Source: a metagenome
Strand: one strand, 5' to 3'
Sequence record: ERZ834694.320-NODE-320-length-60649-cov-6.055468
DNA: 32,000 nucleotides
Shown here: in pieces, positions 18,054 through 25,887 of the stretch
How positions within the stretch are numbered: the stretch's first letter is position 1
Layout: each line of letters begins with the position of its first letter
Notes under the pieces: model-generated
Told to the model about the DNA's origin: nothing
Databases searched by the model: none
The model's input: the letters and a program-made list of their open reading frames with translations, nothing else
Made by a program: the position numbers and the translations under genes

Positions 18054-19028
18054 CTAACTGAGCGTCATGCCCATCGGCTCTTGCTCATAGGCTTTGGGAT
18101 CTGCGCCGGGGACATCCCAACCGCACATACTGCCCACCTCCATGGCCTTACGCTGCCACATGGTGACACCCATCTCCTCATTCAGCTGGTCAGCCAGTTC
18201 TACATTTTTCTCTTTATCTCCGGTATCCCAATCAGAGGGGTAGTACCCGGTTTCGCCGCGCTTGATGCAGATCAGCTGGCCGGTGGTGAGCAAGGTAGAG
18301 AAGCACAGTTCCGGCAGTCCCTTTGCAATTCTGGGCGCAAACAGTTCTTTCTCTGTCTGGATGCTCCAGTCATCGCTGTTCCACAGATGAACATAGAGCT
18401 CTCCGCCATCCACAGAAATCTCACGCTGTTCAAAGCCTTCGCCCCAGCCGTCCGATGCCTGACCTGAGATGTACTCCTTGAGGGTATCCAGTTCGTGGGC
18501 GGAAAGTTCTCCGACCACGCGGCATTCTGCCACACCCCAGAGCTGTCCATTGCGCTCCTCTACGGTGAACACAGCAGAACGCACCTTCCTGTTGACCTCA
18601 TCATCCACATCATACCAGTGCATGATGCCGTTTTCGTTTTCCTCCGGCATACGGTTTCCAACGAGGGCCTTGAGTATCTGGCCCTCGTAATTACGGAGGC
18701 CGTTACCCTCCAATTCTGTGCCGGTGTCCTCGATGTCGCCCCATTCGTTCCGCTCATAGAGATCGGCTGTAAGGGGCATATACAACTTCATAGTGGTGAG
18801 CTCAGGCGGCAGGACGGAAAAACTGTCCTCTCCGATGATTAGGGCCAGACAACTGCCATTGTCCCACTTCACATGGAATTGTCCGATGTCGTCGATACTT
18901 TCCAGCGTGCCCATGGTGCCGGACGGCACTGGGTGATACGGATCTTTCATCTCTCTGAGCTTGATTCGGCTCCCAGCGGGGTACTGGTTCCGCAGAAAAG
19001 CCAGCCATTCTCTCGGCACATTGTTCAT
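18054..19028 (-). CDS. Hypothetical protein with DUF4314-like N-terminal domain
   Basis: The segment [55 protein letters not shown] resembles the small beta domain common in ICE polyvalent proteins. TGATG overlap with the upstream stop. Confidence 0.6.
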   Translation of the reverse strand: MNNVPREWLAFLRNQYPAGSRIKLREMKDPYHPVPSGTMGTLESIDDIGQFHVKWDNGSCLALIIGEDSFSVLPPELTTMKLYMPLTADLYERNEWGDIEDTGTELEGNGLRNYEGQILKALVGNRMPEENENGIMHWYDVDDEVNRKVRSAVFTVEERNGQLWGVAECRVVGELSAHELDTLKEYISGQASDGWGEGFEQREISVDGGELYVHLWNSDDWSIQTEKELFAPRIAKGLPELCFSTLLTTGQLICIKRGETGYYPSDWDTGDKEKNVELADQLNEEMGVTMWQRKAMEVGSMCGWDVPGADPKAYEQEPMGMTLS

Positions 19029-20041
19029 CAGGTCATTCCTCCCATCGTCATGCCCTCTTGGGGCGTATTTTCATAATCCTCCAGCGGGCGGGGATTCTCC
19101 TCGCCGTAGAGGTCGTACAGGATATCGTCCACCTGCTTGCGGATTGCGGGATCATCGGTCAGGGTTTCGTAGCGGAAGCCGGTAACAGGGTGATTCGGAA
19201 GCTCATCTCGGATGCATTGGAGGAAAGTCTCCGCATCCGTATATTCCTGCTGTTCGCCGCTGGCAAATGTCACCCGGCCTATCACCGCCGCCTGCTCCGC
19301 CAGATTCTGCCGCTGGACTCGGAGATCAAAGGCCGTCAGGTATGCCTGATAGTCGCCGGGGACAGGGTTGCAGCGCAGACAGTAGCGGTAATTCTCCGTC
19401 TCTACGATGTAGCCGTAGTTCGATGGCCAGTTGCCAACCTCACCGCCGTGGCTCCAGCAGTATTTGCTCATGCTGGACAGGTCCTTCAGGACGCCGGTAC
19501 GCAGTTCATCCACGACCTGCTGCAATTCCGCCTTGAATTCCGGAGAATTCAGCTCCTCGGGGCCTCGGGGCCACCATGTATGCCAGAACTCCTTCCCCCG
19601 GTGACCAAAGTCCATTCGGACATGACCGATGCAGCCAAGCCGCTGGTCCTCCTCCGGCTTCATGGCATAGAAAAGGCCCGCTTCATCGAAAGAAGCGGGC
19701 CTGATCTGATAACGGGAGGGGATTGGCATTTCATGCTGGCGGCAAAAATCTATAAGGGTGATTTCCTCATCAAGAAAATCGGTTTGTCCCTTAACATCAA
19801 GGTAATCCTGACCATCGGGGAAGATGACTGGTTCCGGCGTAAGGATGGAACCAGCATAGTTGACGATAACCCGCGCCTCCAGCGTACTGATCAAATCGGG
19901 GTCATAGTCACTGCCACGCAGATCGTAGACATACCAGCCATCTGGCACGGTAGATCGATCCACCCTTGAATCTGAAAACAAAGCGGGCTTCCCAAGCAGT
20001 TCGATGTGCTGCATGGAATCGCTCCAGACATTGATGGTCAT
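19028..20041 (-). CDS. Hypothetical protein
   Basis: ATG 20041 lies 5 nt after GGAGGG and overlaps the upstream stop (ATGA). 337 codons. Confidence 0.7.
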   Translation of the reverse strand: MTINVWSDSMQHIELLGKPALFSDSRVDRSTVPDGWYVYDLRGSDYDPDLISTLEARVIVNYAGSILTPEPVIFPDGQDYLDVKGQTDFLDEEITLIDFCRQHEMPIPSRYQIRPASFDEAGLFYAMKPEEDQRLGCIGHVRMDFGHRGKEFWHTWWPRGPEELNSPEFKAELQQVVDELRTGVLKDLSSMSKYCWSHGGEVGNWPSNYGYIVETENYRYCLRCNPVPGDYQAYLTAFDLRVQRQNLAEQAAVIGRVTFASGEQQEYTDAETFLQCIRDELPNHPVTGFRYETLTDDPAIRKQVDDILYDLYGEENPRPLEDYENTPQEGMTMGGMT

Positions 20042-20556
20042 TGTATCCCTCCTATTTCCACCGTATTTTCCCATGCTTCCTGATCTTTGAGGGAGGCTCT
20101 TATCTGGGCGTATAAATCATCCAGCGCAGGAGACTCATAGCCCCAGAATCCAGCAATTTCCCGCATCAGCCTTTCACATTCTGTCACCGATTCTCTGGCG
20201 CCATCGGACCCCAGACTGGAAATCATATCAATCGCGTAGAGGTATAACCCCTGTATCACAGCGTCCCTATGCTCCTGTGTAGGAGTCCATTGGTGAACTG
20301 CCTGATCCACTTCCTGTATCTTCCGGTCAAAGGCCGTCACATGGTCTACTGTTTTGGCATCTAAGCCCCAGTAGCCTGCCAGTTCGTCTACCAAGCGGCG
20401 GAGGGCGGAAATCTGTTCCTTGCCTGCATCTCCTGCTTTCTGCCGCAGCTCTGCGGCATATTCTGTCAGGCCGTCAACGCATTTGGAGATTAGGGCTTTA
20501 TCCTTCCGGGCTTGCGGTTCCATAGCGTTGATCAGTTCATCTAAAGTCATTCTCAA
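20038..20556 (-). CDS. Hypothetical protein with an internal tandem duplication (ELAGYWGLD / EIAGFWGYE)
   Basis: The ORF is open to 20622. TTG 20556 lies 8 nt after GGAGG and ATG 20550 is an alternative start. Confidence 0.6.
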   Translation of the reverse strand: MRMTLDELINAMEPQARKDKALISKCVDGLTEYAAELRQKAGDAGKEQISALRRLVDELAGYWGLDAKTVDHVTAFDRKIQEVDQAVHQWTPTQEHRDAVIQGLYLYAIDMISSLGSDGARESVTECERLMREIAGFWGYESPALDDLYAQIRASLKDQEAWENTVEIGGIQ

Positions 20557-20732
20557 TATCTGCACCTCCTTATCCCCAGTCATTCGGTATTCGACACGAA
20601 CACTACCACACTCTGACAGCAATAGCTATCTGAATTTTTTGGCCTTGAAAATACAGCTGATTACCGCTGCACCATTCAATCCGATTTCTTTATGAACACC
20701 ACCACGACAGATGGTCCTCAATTTCAGATGCC

Positions 20733-21929
20733 TCATTCTATTCTCCCCCACTGAAGGCCCTGTTGCGCTTGATATGCTTCGGCCGGGTCTTCCGACATCA
20801 ATTCCTCCAGAGCCATTACTCCGAAATAGGACACATAACCATAGGCGCTGAAACGGCCATTTTCCTGTTGGATGCGGTGCTGCCCATAGCCCTCATAATC
20901 GTAGAAGGCATCCAGATGGTCATCATATCCAAACCGGCCGGACTCTTGGATCATGTATTTCCCATATTCTTTTGGAGTGTGGACGCCGGGAATAAAGTCG
21001 AACTGATCCAGATTTTCAGCCAAACGACAGATCTCACCGGCATTCTCAGGTTCTGCGAATATGATTACAGCTTCCAGCTTGGCCCTGTCTTTTTGATCCA
21101 GTTTTGCAATGGCTCCGCACATGGCATTGAGTGAATCCAGGCTGTCCCGCTTTTCATCCAGTATCTCGCCGACCTCTTTCTGAAGCAGGAATACATCTAT
21201 CGTGTAGTCCGCATGGTCAGGATCCTGCCAGCCTGTCCGCAGCAGGGTGCGGCGAATCTGCTGCTCTGACGCGGGGAGCCAAAGCAGCTCCGGGGCTTGG
21301 TTTTCTGCCGGTACAATTTTCAATCCCATGCCGCTGTTGTCATAAAGATATTCCGGAAACTGCCGCCCATTGTAGAGCGGCTCCAATTTCATGCCGTTGT
21401 CGTAGACCACGCCGTAGGGGGTGACTGTCCCGGCTTCGCTGTCGATGAGCAAATAGGCGGTTTCGGTTCCATCCAGCGCCTCCAGATCTTCTGTTCTGGC
21501 ACAGCCCCCATTCAAATTCATGTAATGTTCACGCCCGATTTTTTCAAGGTCGGAAAAATCGGTGATCACAGTGATCTTCTGACAGCAGAAGGTCAGATTG
21601 ATGAGATCCTTTATTTCCGAGAGCCCCAGCTTGTGGGCCATCCCCTGGAACTGGGCGGCCTCTCCGTCATCGAAGCTGTCCAGCCGCTTGGCCAGATAGT
21701 CCAGCTCATCAAGGGTGACCTGTGTGCCGATCAGAGTGTTCAGGACGGTATAGAAGCTGTCCAACTCATCCACCTGACAATCCTGCCGGAGTGTATCGCC
21801 GATCTCCAGGGGTCCCAACAGCTCTATCGTGCTGTCATAGTTCTGATTGGGAATGGGGAAGGGGATCGTGGCCTGTCCATATTCCGGATGCTGGGCGTTG
21901 CTCAGTACCACTTGGAGCACATATCTCAT
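20733..21929 (-). CDS. Hypothetical protein, paralogue family member 3
   Basis: 398 aa. The motifs DLINLTFCCQKITVI and NLDQFDFIPGVHTPKEYG...YGYVSYFG match members 1 and 2. Confidence 0.7.
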   Translation of the reverse strand: MRYVLQVVLSNAQHPEYGQATIPFPIPNQNYDSTIELLGPLEIGDTLRQDCQVDELDSFYTVLNTLIGTQVTLDELDYLAKRLDSFDDGEAAQFQGMAHKLGLSEIKDLINLTFCCQKITVITDFSDLEKIGREHYMNLNGGCARTEDLEALDGTETAYLLIDSEAGTVTPYGVVYDNGMKLEPLYNGRQFPEYLYDNSGMGLKIVPAENQAPELLWLPASEQQIRRTLLRTGWQDPDHADYTIDVFLLQKEVGEILDEKRDSLDSLNAMCGAIAKLDQKDRAKLEAVIIFAEPENAGEICRLAENLDQFDFIPGVHTPKEYGKYMIQESGRFGYDDHLDAFYDYEGYGQHRIQQENGRFSAYGYVSYFGVMALEELMSEDPAEAYQAQQGLQWGRIE

Positions 21930-22612
21930 TTTTTCACCTCCGCAGCTATGATCGTTTTTCCATACCGGGCGATCAGCATAGCGTTGAGAATATCACCGAA
22001 GGCTTCGCTGCTAACCTGTTCCTCGTCCGCCAATTCTGCGGAGGTAATGAGCAGCTTCCCGCAGTAGAGGCCCTTGGCTGCTCTGTACACCGGATAGTCC
22101 CTCGGGTCGATCCCCCGCAGGGAAACGGAGGAGAAGTCGATCCTGCCGTGAGATATATGGGGAAGCACTCTCCGCCAGAGCCCGATGCGGGAGGAGAGCA
22201 GATAAACCGCCGCCAGCTTCTGGGGGCAGATAGAGGCTGTGCCGGCCTCCGGCCACTCAGACAGCCTGTGCCGATGGGCCGGTTCCAGCGCAAGAGGAAG
22301 CGTATTCCCTTTGGAAAGAGAGCTGGCCCGCTTCCATAACTTCTGGTGGCCTGCCATGCGGAGGCATCTCTCCGCAAGCTCCTGATAGCCAATAGTCCCT
22401 GCTTCCAACCGCTCCGGAATGTATGGGCAAACAGATTCCTGACAGGTGTGCCGCATATAGCTCCGGCAGTAGGTGCAGTCCACATCCTCTTTTTTGTAAT
22501 GGAATCTGCACAGGACCATCATCCCGCCGCCCCGTTTCTGAAAGCCGGGAACACTCATCATCATCCGTTCCAAACCGGCCAACGGAGTGTCTTGTGAAAA
22601 ATATTTTGTCAT
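21926..22612 (-). CDS. Cys-rich hypothetical protein (possible metal-binding N-terminal module)
   Basis: ATG 22612 follows AAAGGAA. Contains CRFHYKKEDVDCTYCRSYMRHTCQESVCPY. The ATG at 22630 abuts the terminator U-run and is less likely. Confidence 0.65.
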   Translation of the reverse strand: MTKYFSQDTPLAGLERMMMSVPGFQKRGGGMMVLCRFHYKKEDVDCTYCRSYMRHTCQESVCPYIPERLEAGTIGYQELAERCLRMAGHQKLWKRASSLSKGNTLPLALEPAHRHRLSEWPEAGTASICPQKLAAVYLLSSRIGLWRRVLPHISHGRIDFSSVSLRGIDPRDYPVYRAAKGLYCGKLLITSAELADEEQVSSEAFGDILNAMLIARYGKTIIAAEVKK

Positions 22613-22630
22613 TGCTGTTCCTTTCCGCAT

Positions 22631-22675
22631 AAAAAATGGGGCCTGCTTATCTGCCTATCAGCAGATGCAGGCCCC
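22631..22675 (-). terminator. Strong intrinsic terminator
   Basis: On the minus-strand RNA: 9-bp GC stem GGGGCCUGC plus a 6-bp inner stem, 6-nt loop, then AUUUUUUAU. Confidence 0.75.
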
Positions 22676-22690
22676 GTTCTTCCGGTACTC

Positions 22691-23359
22691 TTACAGATTC
22701 ATTTGTGGTTCCTGTCCCTGGCTTTGCTCCAAACGCTCTGCCAGATCCGGGACGGTGTATTCGATCTTTGTTCTTGAAGTCTGCAGGGCCTTGAGCTGGC
22801 CATCCTCCGGCTCAGGTCCCTCATCCAGCAGATAATCTGTGGCCCGATAGAGCTGGGTTAACTCCTCCGGTGAAAAAAGCTGGGCTTTGGAGATCAGCCC
22901 GGAGCGGACGGCGAAGTCCTGTTTGGCTCCTTGGAAATCCTCCTCATAATAATGTCCATGACTCACCCCGGTCCTGTCATGATCCCAGATCCATGTGACA
23001 AATTGATAACCCCAGCCGTTTTCCAATTCACGCCCAGCCAGCACTGCGCCGCCAAAATCCGCCAGCAGATGGAATTTCTCACTCAGACCGCTGGCATGAA
23101 GGAGGGGGGCGGTCTGGACCGCTTCAACATAGGCATACACTTCATCTGCAGTCTGGGCAACTTTATGGTATAGTTCACCGGCTTCCGGCTGATTGCTTCC
23201 GGCAGGGAGGAGGAACACATCACTCCCCGCCGAAACAGAGAGAACCGGCTGGTTGTTCAGCAGCACTGTCAGCCGGTTCTTCTCCGGATGGCCTGCGGTG
23301 ATTCCAGCTGCCCGCAGGCGGCGGGCTAACTCTGCAAAATATTTATTTTCCAAACTCAT
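22691..23359 (-). CDS. Hypothetical protein
   Basis: ATG 23359 directly follows GGGGAGGA. 222 codons. Bracketed by terminator hairpins on both sides. Confidence 0.7.
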   Translation of the reverse strand: MSLENKYFAELARRLRAAGITAGHPEKNRLTVLLNNQPVLSVSAGSDVFLLPAGSNQPEAGELYHKVAQTADEVYAYVEAVQTAPLLHASGLSEKFHLLADFGGAVLAGRELENGWGYQFVTWIWDHDRTGVSHGHYYEEDFQGAKQDFAVRSGLISKAQLFSPEELTQLYRATDYLLDEGPEPEDGQLKALQTSRTKIEYTVPDLAERLEQSQGQEPQMNL

Positions 23360-23368
23360 TCCTCCCCT

Positions 23369-23452
23369 GAAAATGAAAAAGCCGGAACCTCTTTTGAGAT
23401 TCCGGCAGAAAAGAAAAAGCGGCAAATATTCCCCGCAGGAAACACCGCCGCT
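23369..23452 (-). promoter_or_regulatory. Two tandem hairpin-plus-U-run structures in the leader immediately upstream of the SD of 22691..23359
   Basis: Hairpin A (23381-23406) has an 11-bp stem (one G-U pair), an AAAA loop and then UUUUUCAUUUUC. Hairpin B (23418-23452) has a 6-bp stem followed by UUUUUCUUUUC. Confidence 0.5.
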
Positions 23453-23525
23453 CTTTTCCGTTCTCTATATCATCTGATACCCGCGGGTTTGACTCTTATC
23501 AGAGTGAATAGCGCAAGGTCAAATA

Positions 23526-23567
23526 TCGATAAAATGAGGCCCGTAGATTTACTCATCTACGGGCCTC
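23526..23567 (-). terminator. Intrinsic terminator downstream of the displaced tRNA-Pro 3-prime fragment (probable original tRNA-Pro terminator)
   Basis: 13-bp perfect stem GAGGCCCGUAGAU/AUCUACGGGCCUC, 6-nt loop, then AUUUUAU on the minus strand. Confidence 0.65.
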
Positions 23568-23622
23568 GGAAGCCTTGAAAACACTGGGCTTTTACACCCA
23601 ATATCTTTTTTAGCCTCCCTTT

Positions 23623-23671
23623 TTGGTCCGAGTGGCGAGATTCGAACTCACGGCCTCATGGTCCCGAACCA
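23623..23671. repeat. Distal att direct repeat: 49-bp copy of the 3-prime part of tRNA-Pro(CGG)
   Basis: Identical base for base to 28456..28504. It lacks the 5-prime half of the tRNA. Confidence 0.95.
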
Positions 23672-23818
23672 ATCCGCGATGTGCCGCAGCAGCGGCACAA
23701 GTGAGTGCGGAAGTTCCTTTCCAAAAGCTCGAAAAGCCTTGATACATCTATGTTTTTTGCACTTTTATTGTACCACACATCCGCCGCCGATGCAATGATT
23801 ATTTGAGCGTTCCAATAG

Positions 23819-23858
23819 AAAAAAGCGCACAGATTTTTGAAGTCTGTGCGCTTTTTGT
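23819..23858. terminator. Bidirectional hairpin terminator downstream of the lipoprotein gene
   Basis: AAAAAGCGCACAG-11 nt-CUGUGCGCUUUUU. Confidence 0.65.
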
Positions 23859-23861
23859 GCG
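23845..23861 (+). repeat. TGTGCGCTTTTTGTGCG motif, left-arm copy
   Basis: The same 17-mer (with one extra T) recurs at 28348..28366 near the other end of the element. Confidence 0.7.
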
Positions 23862-24076
23862 TCAGGGAATTTGAAACATTGTTTAGTTTTTCTTTAGATA
23901 CTGTCCCACCATAAATGTGTTTACAGATTTAATTCCGAAGCCGGAACATATGCTCCATCCCATGTATTTGTGCCAGTCGCAAGGCAGTTTTGCAAGGCTT
24001 GAAGCATCTTGACCTTGTATTTCAATACTTCGCCTTTAAGGTCCATTTTCATACTCTAAACTATACAGATAAAAAG

Positions 24077-24718
24077 CTATTTGCTAAATGTTAAAAAGTA
24101 AATCACACCATCTTTGACAATTAAGGGGTAGTCTGTCTCATCATAGGTCAATGTCAAAATCGGAGCCGTGTACTTATATGTGCCTTTATAGGTGGTAAAG
24201 GGCTTATCGTTAAAATAGTACCCTAAACTGGAACTATAACGAAACACACTGGTAAAAATCGAGAAAGTTCCGTCATTATAAAGCGTAAGTTCAATGCTGT
24301 TTTCAACAAGCGCAGGATCAAACATCAAGCCATCGCCTAAATTGCAGGAAAACTTTTGACTTGCCATTCCGTTTTCGTCAGGCGAAAAGGCACGCCCGTA
24401 CTCTTCATCTTCATCAAACGAAAACCTCGTGCTGTAAAGGTACCCCTCGCTGTATACATAGTCGTGGTTGGCATTGCTATGTCGAGGACTAAGAGTTACA
24501 TTGTTTATAAGAACACCAAATGTACCTTTTTCTTCTCCATAGTCATATGTACCATCGGAGTTTAACTTTAATTGGGTCGACAGGAACCATAAAGACGGCG
24601 ACCATGTTCCAGCCAAATCTTCCTCCTTGAGATTGGGATCAGGCGTACTCCCACAAGCACATAGGGCAAAGCACATCACAAGTGCCAAAAGTAAGGCGGT
24701 TATCCTCTTCATAATCAT
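24077..24718 (-). CDS. Lipoprotein of unknown function (cargo)
   Basis: Signal peptide plus lipobox MKRITALLLALVMCFALCACGS. A GTW motif suggests a lipocalin-like fold. Confidence 0.8.
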   Translation of the reverse strand: MIMKRITALLLALVMCFALCACGSTPDPNLKEEDLAGTWSPSLWFLSTQLKLNSDGTYDYGEEKGTFGVLINNVTLSPRHSNANHDYVYSEGYLYSTRFSFDEDEEYGRAFSPDENGMASQKFSCNLGDGLMFDPALVENSIELTLYNDGTFSIFTSVFRYSSSLGYYFNDKPFTTYKGTYKYTAPILTLTYDETDYPLIVKDGVIYFLTFSK

Positions 24719-24729
24719 GTTTCTCCCAT

Positions 24730-24921
24730 TTATAAATTTTGAGCTTTTAATACGACGCTTGCCGCGCTCACGGCGGCTTCATACTCATGCACATAACGAG
24801 AAACTGTGTCAGGGCTTCGTCTCAATTTCTCTGCAATCTTTTTGAAGCTGAAACCGTCATGATAAAGCTGCCACATCTTTTCCTTTTCTTGCGGTGTGAC
24901 GCGTGTACCCTTTGTCGCCAT
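24730..24921 (-). CDS. Small helix-turn-helix DNA-binding protein (regulator or excisionase candidate)
   Basis: 63 aa. The segment FSFKKIAEKLRRSPDTVSRYV is an HTH resembling resolvase/IS30-type N-terminal domains. Confidence 0.65.
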   Translation of the reverse strand: MATKGTRVTPQEKEKMWQLYHDGFSFKKIAEKLRRSPDTVSRYVHEYEAAVSAASVVLKAQNL

Positions 24922-24923
24922 TA

Positions 24924-25118
24924 TTATTTGACCTTATCATCCGGACGCAGGATATCTTCTTTTATCGCCTTTTCAAACTGTTCCTTTACATACTCCTCTG
25001 GCGTCCACTTCTTTGTAGAACCGCCCTCTTCAAGAATCTTGTTCATCTTGCCGAGTTCTGTAAAGAAAGATTTCGGGACAATGATTCTGTTTTTGGTCGT
25101 GTCAATGATAATACGCAT
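24924..25118 (-). CDS. Small hypothetical protein (64 aa)
   Basis: ATG 25118 follows AGGAGGAAGAAGCA. The longer ORF to 25238 runs into the AT microsatellite and looks non-coding. Confidence 0.55.
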   Translation of the reverse strand: MRIIIDTTKNRIIVPKSFFTELGKMNKILEEGGSTKKWTPEEYVKEQFEKAIKEDILRPDDKVK

Positions 25119-25188
25119 TGCTTCTTCCTCCTGAAAATGAAAATGTACGAGAAACTGGCATATTGCACAGCTTTCCGTACACCCCATG

Positions 25189-25204
25189 ATATATATATAT
25201 ATAT
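25189..25204. repeat. (AT)8 microsatellite abutting a minus-strand TTGACA hexamer (25205-25210)
   Basis: Read directly from the sequence. Confidence 0.9.
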
Positions 25205-25270
25205 TGTCAAGCATTTTCCGAAAATTGGCGAAATTCATTAGATTTTATCCGTTTTCATCGCAATCGCGCG

Positions 25271-25451
25271 TGATTTGCAGAAATTTTCATGCGCACGCCA
25301 TTGTATTTGATGATTTCCGCCGAAATTTCATAAAATCACACCTGATTTCAGCAAATTATGACAGAACACTTGCAGAATCCAATAGAGCGGCAGCGGAAAC
25401 GGTGAAATTCTGCGTGATTTCGTGTCGACACGGTGCAGATTTGTCAGATTC
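25271..25451. promoter_or_regulatory. Iteron/operator-like repeats in the divergent intergenic region
   Basis: TGATTT(C/G) at 25271, 25311, 25343 and 25415. GAAATT at 25280, 25322 and 25404. Short inverted repeats ATTTC-N4-GAAAT (25313-25326) and GAAAT-N8-ATTTC (25404-25421). Confidence 0.5.
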
Positions 25452-25625
25452 ACCGCGTTTCCGCCTGTTTTTTCCTGAAATACGCCCCCTCCGCCGCGCA
25501 AAACGATTCTTTCGCTTGCATTATCCGTCCTTTTTAGACTTTTTATAAAAAATAATATATAATATATATAGAAAGTGAGAGAAATCTCAACTTTCTAATA
25601 AAAATCAAACGAAAGGAGCTGACTT

Positions 25626-25883
25626 ATGAGCAGCCTTGAAGTAAGCGCAAATTCTTTTCTTCGTGCGCTAACGATTTATGTAGACACTCCCAGCAGCGAC
25701 ACAAAATTTCAGTTGCAGCGCCGTGCGAATGACTTTGTCAGAGCGGTTATTGAGCATGAGAACACCATAGAGCAGCGCGTCACGGATAACGTGCTGAAAG
25801 CCCTATCTGTCCAATTTGAAACAGGCGACGCCATCAAGCAAATTGACGGTCTAAAGAGCGCCCTTGACCGTTTGGGGGAGTAA
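25626..25883 (+). CDS. Hypothetical protein (85 aa), first gene of the plus-strand module
   Basis: ATG lies 7 nt after AAAGGAG. Confidence 0.65.
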   Translation: MSSLEVSANSFLRALTIYVDTPSSDTKFQLQRRANDFVRAVIEHENTIEQRVTDNVLKALSVQFETGDAIKQIDGLKSALDRLGE

Positions 25884-25887
25884 CGCC

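Larger units (their letters stand above)
1..23425 (-). mobile_element. Putative ICE/plasmid-derived accessory region (partial; no integrase, relaxase or T4SS in window)
   Basis: All genes are co-directional with ATGA/TGATG coupling. Gene content is typical of Gram-positive conjugative elements: orphan Dam-like MTase, YodL-like, DUF3849-like, SpoVG and a Tad pilus. The region abuts the distal tRNA-Pro repeat at 23623. By eye its composition lies between the GC-rich sel genes and the AT-richer small element. Confidence 0.45.

Noticed and set aside
15747-21929. Calling the acidic paralogue family ArdA-type anti-restriction proteins.
   Set aside because: I cannot align them to the ArdA, KlcA or Ocr patterns I know. 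Acidity and context alone are insufficient, so they are left as unknown.
23623-23671. A possible second tRNA gene.
   Set aside because: Only the 3-prime 48 nt of tRNA-Pro (plus 1 nt) is present. No 5-prime acceptor or D arm can be formed, so it is the att repeat remnant.
23921-24052. A 43-codon minus-strand ORF (MKMDLKGEVLKYKVKMLQALQN...) between the lipoprotein gene and the terminator.
   Set aside because: It has no convincing SD, it is short, and it carries no recognisable motif. It could be real, but the sequence alone does not support it.
25119-25238. The extended 104-aa version of ORF 24924..25238.
   Set aside because: The N-terminal 40 codons run through the (AT)8 tract (giving ...NIYIYIMG...) and have no SD. 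The internal ATG at 25118 has a strong AGGAGG.
25189-25572. AT dinucleotide runs and AT-rich blocks as a possible CRISPR or minisatellite array.
   Set aside because: There is no repeat-spacer periodicity. These are simple low-complexity AT tracts in an intergenic control region.
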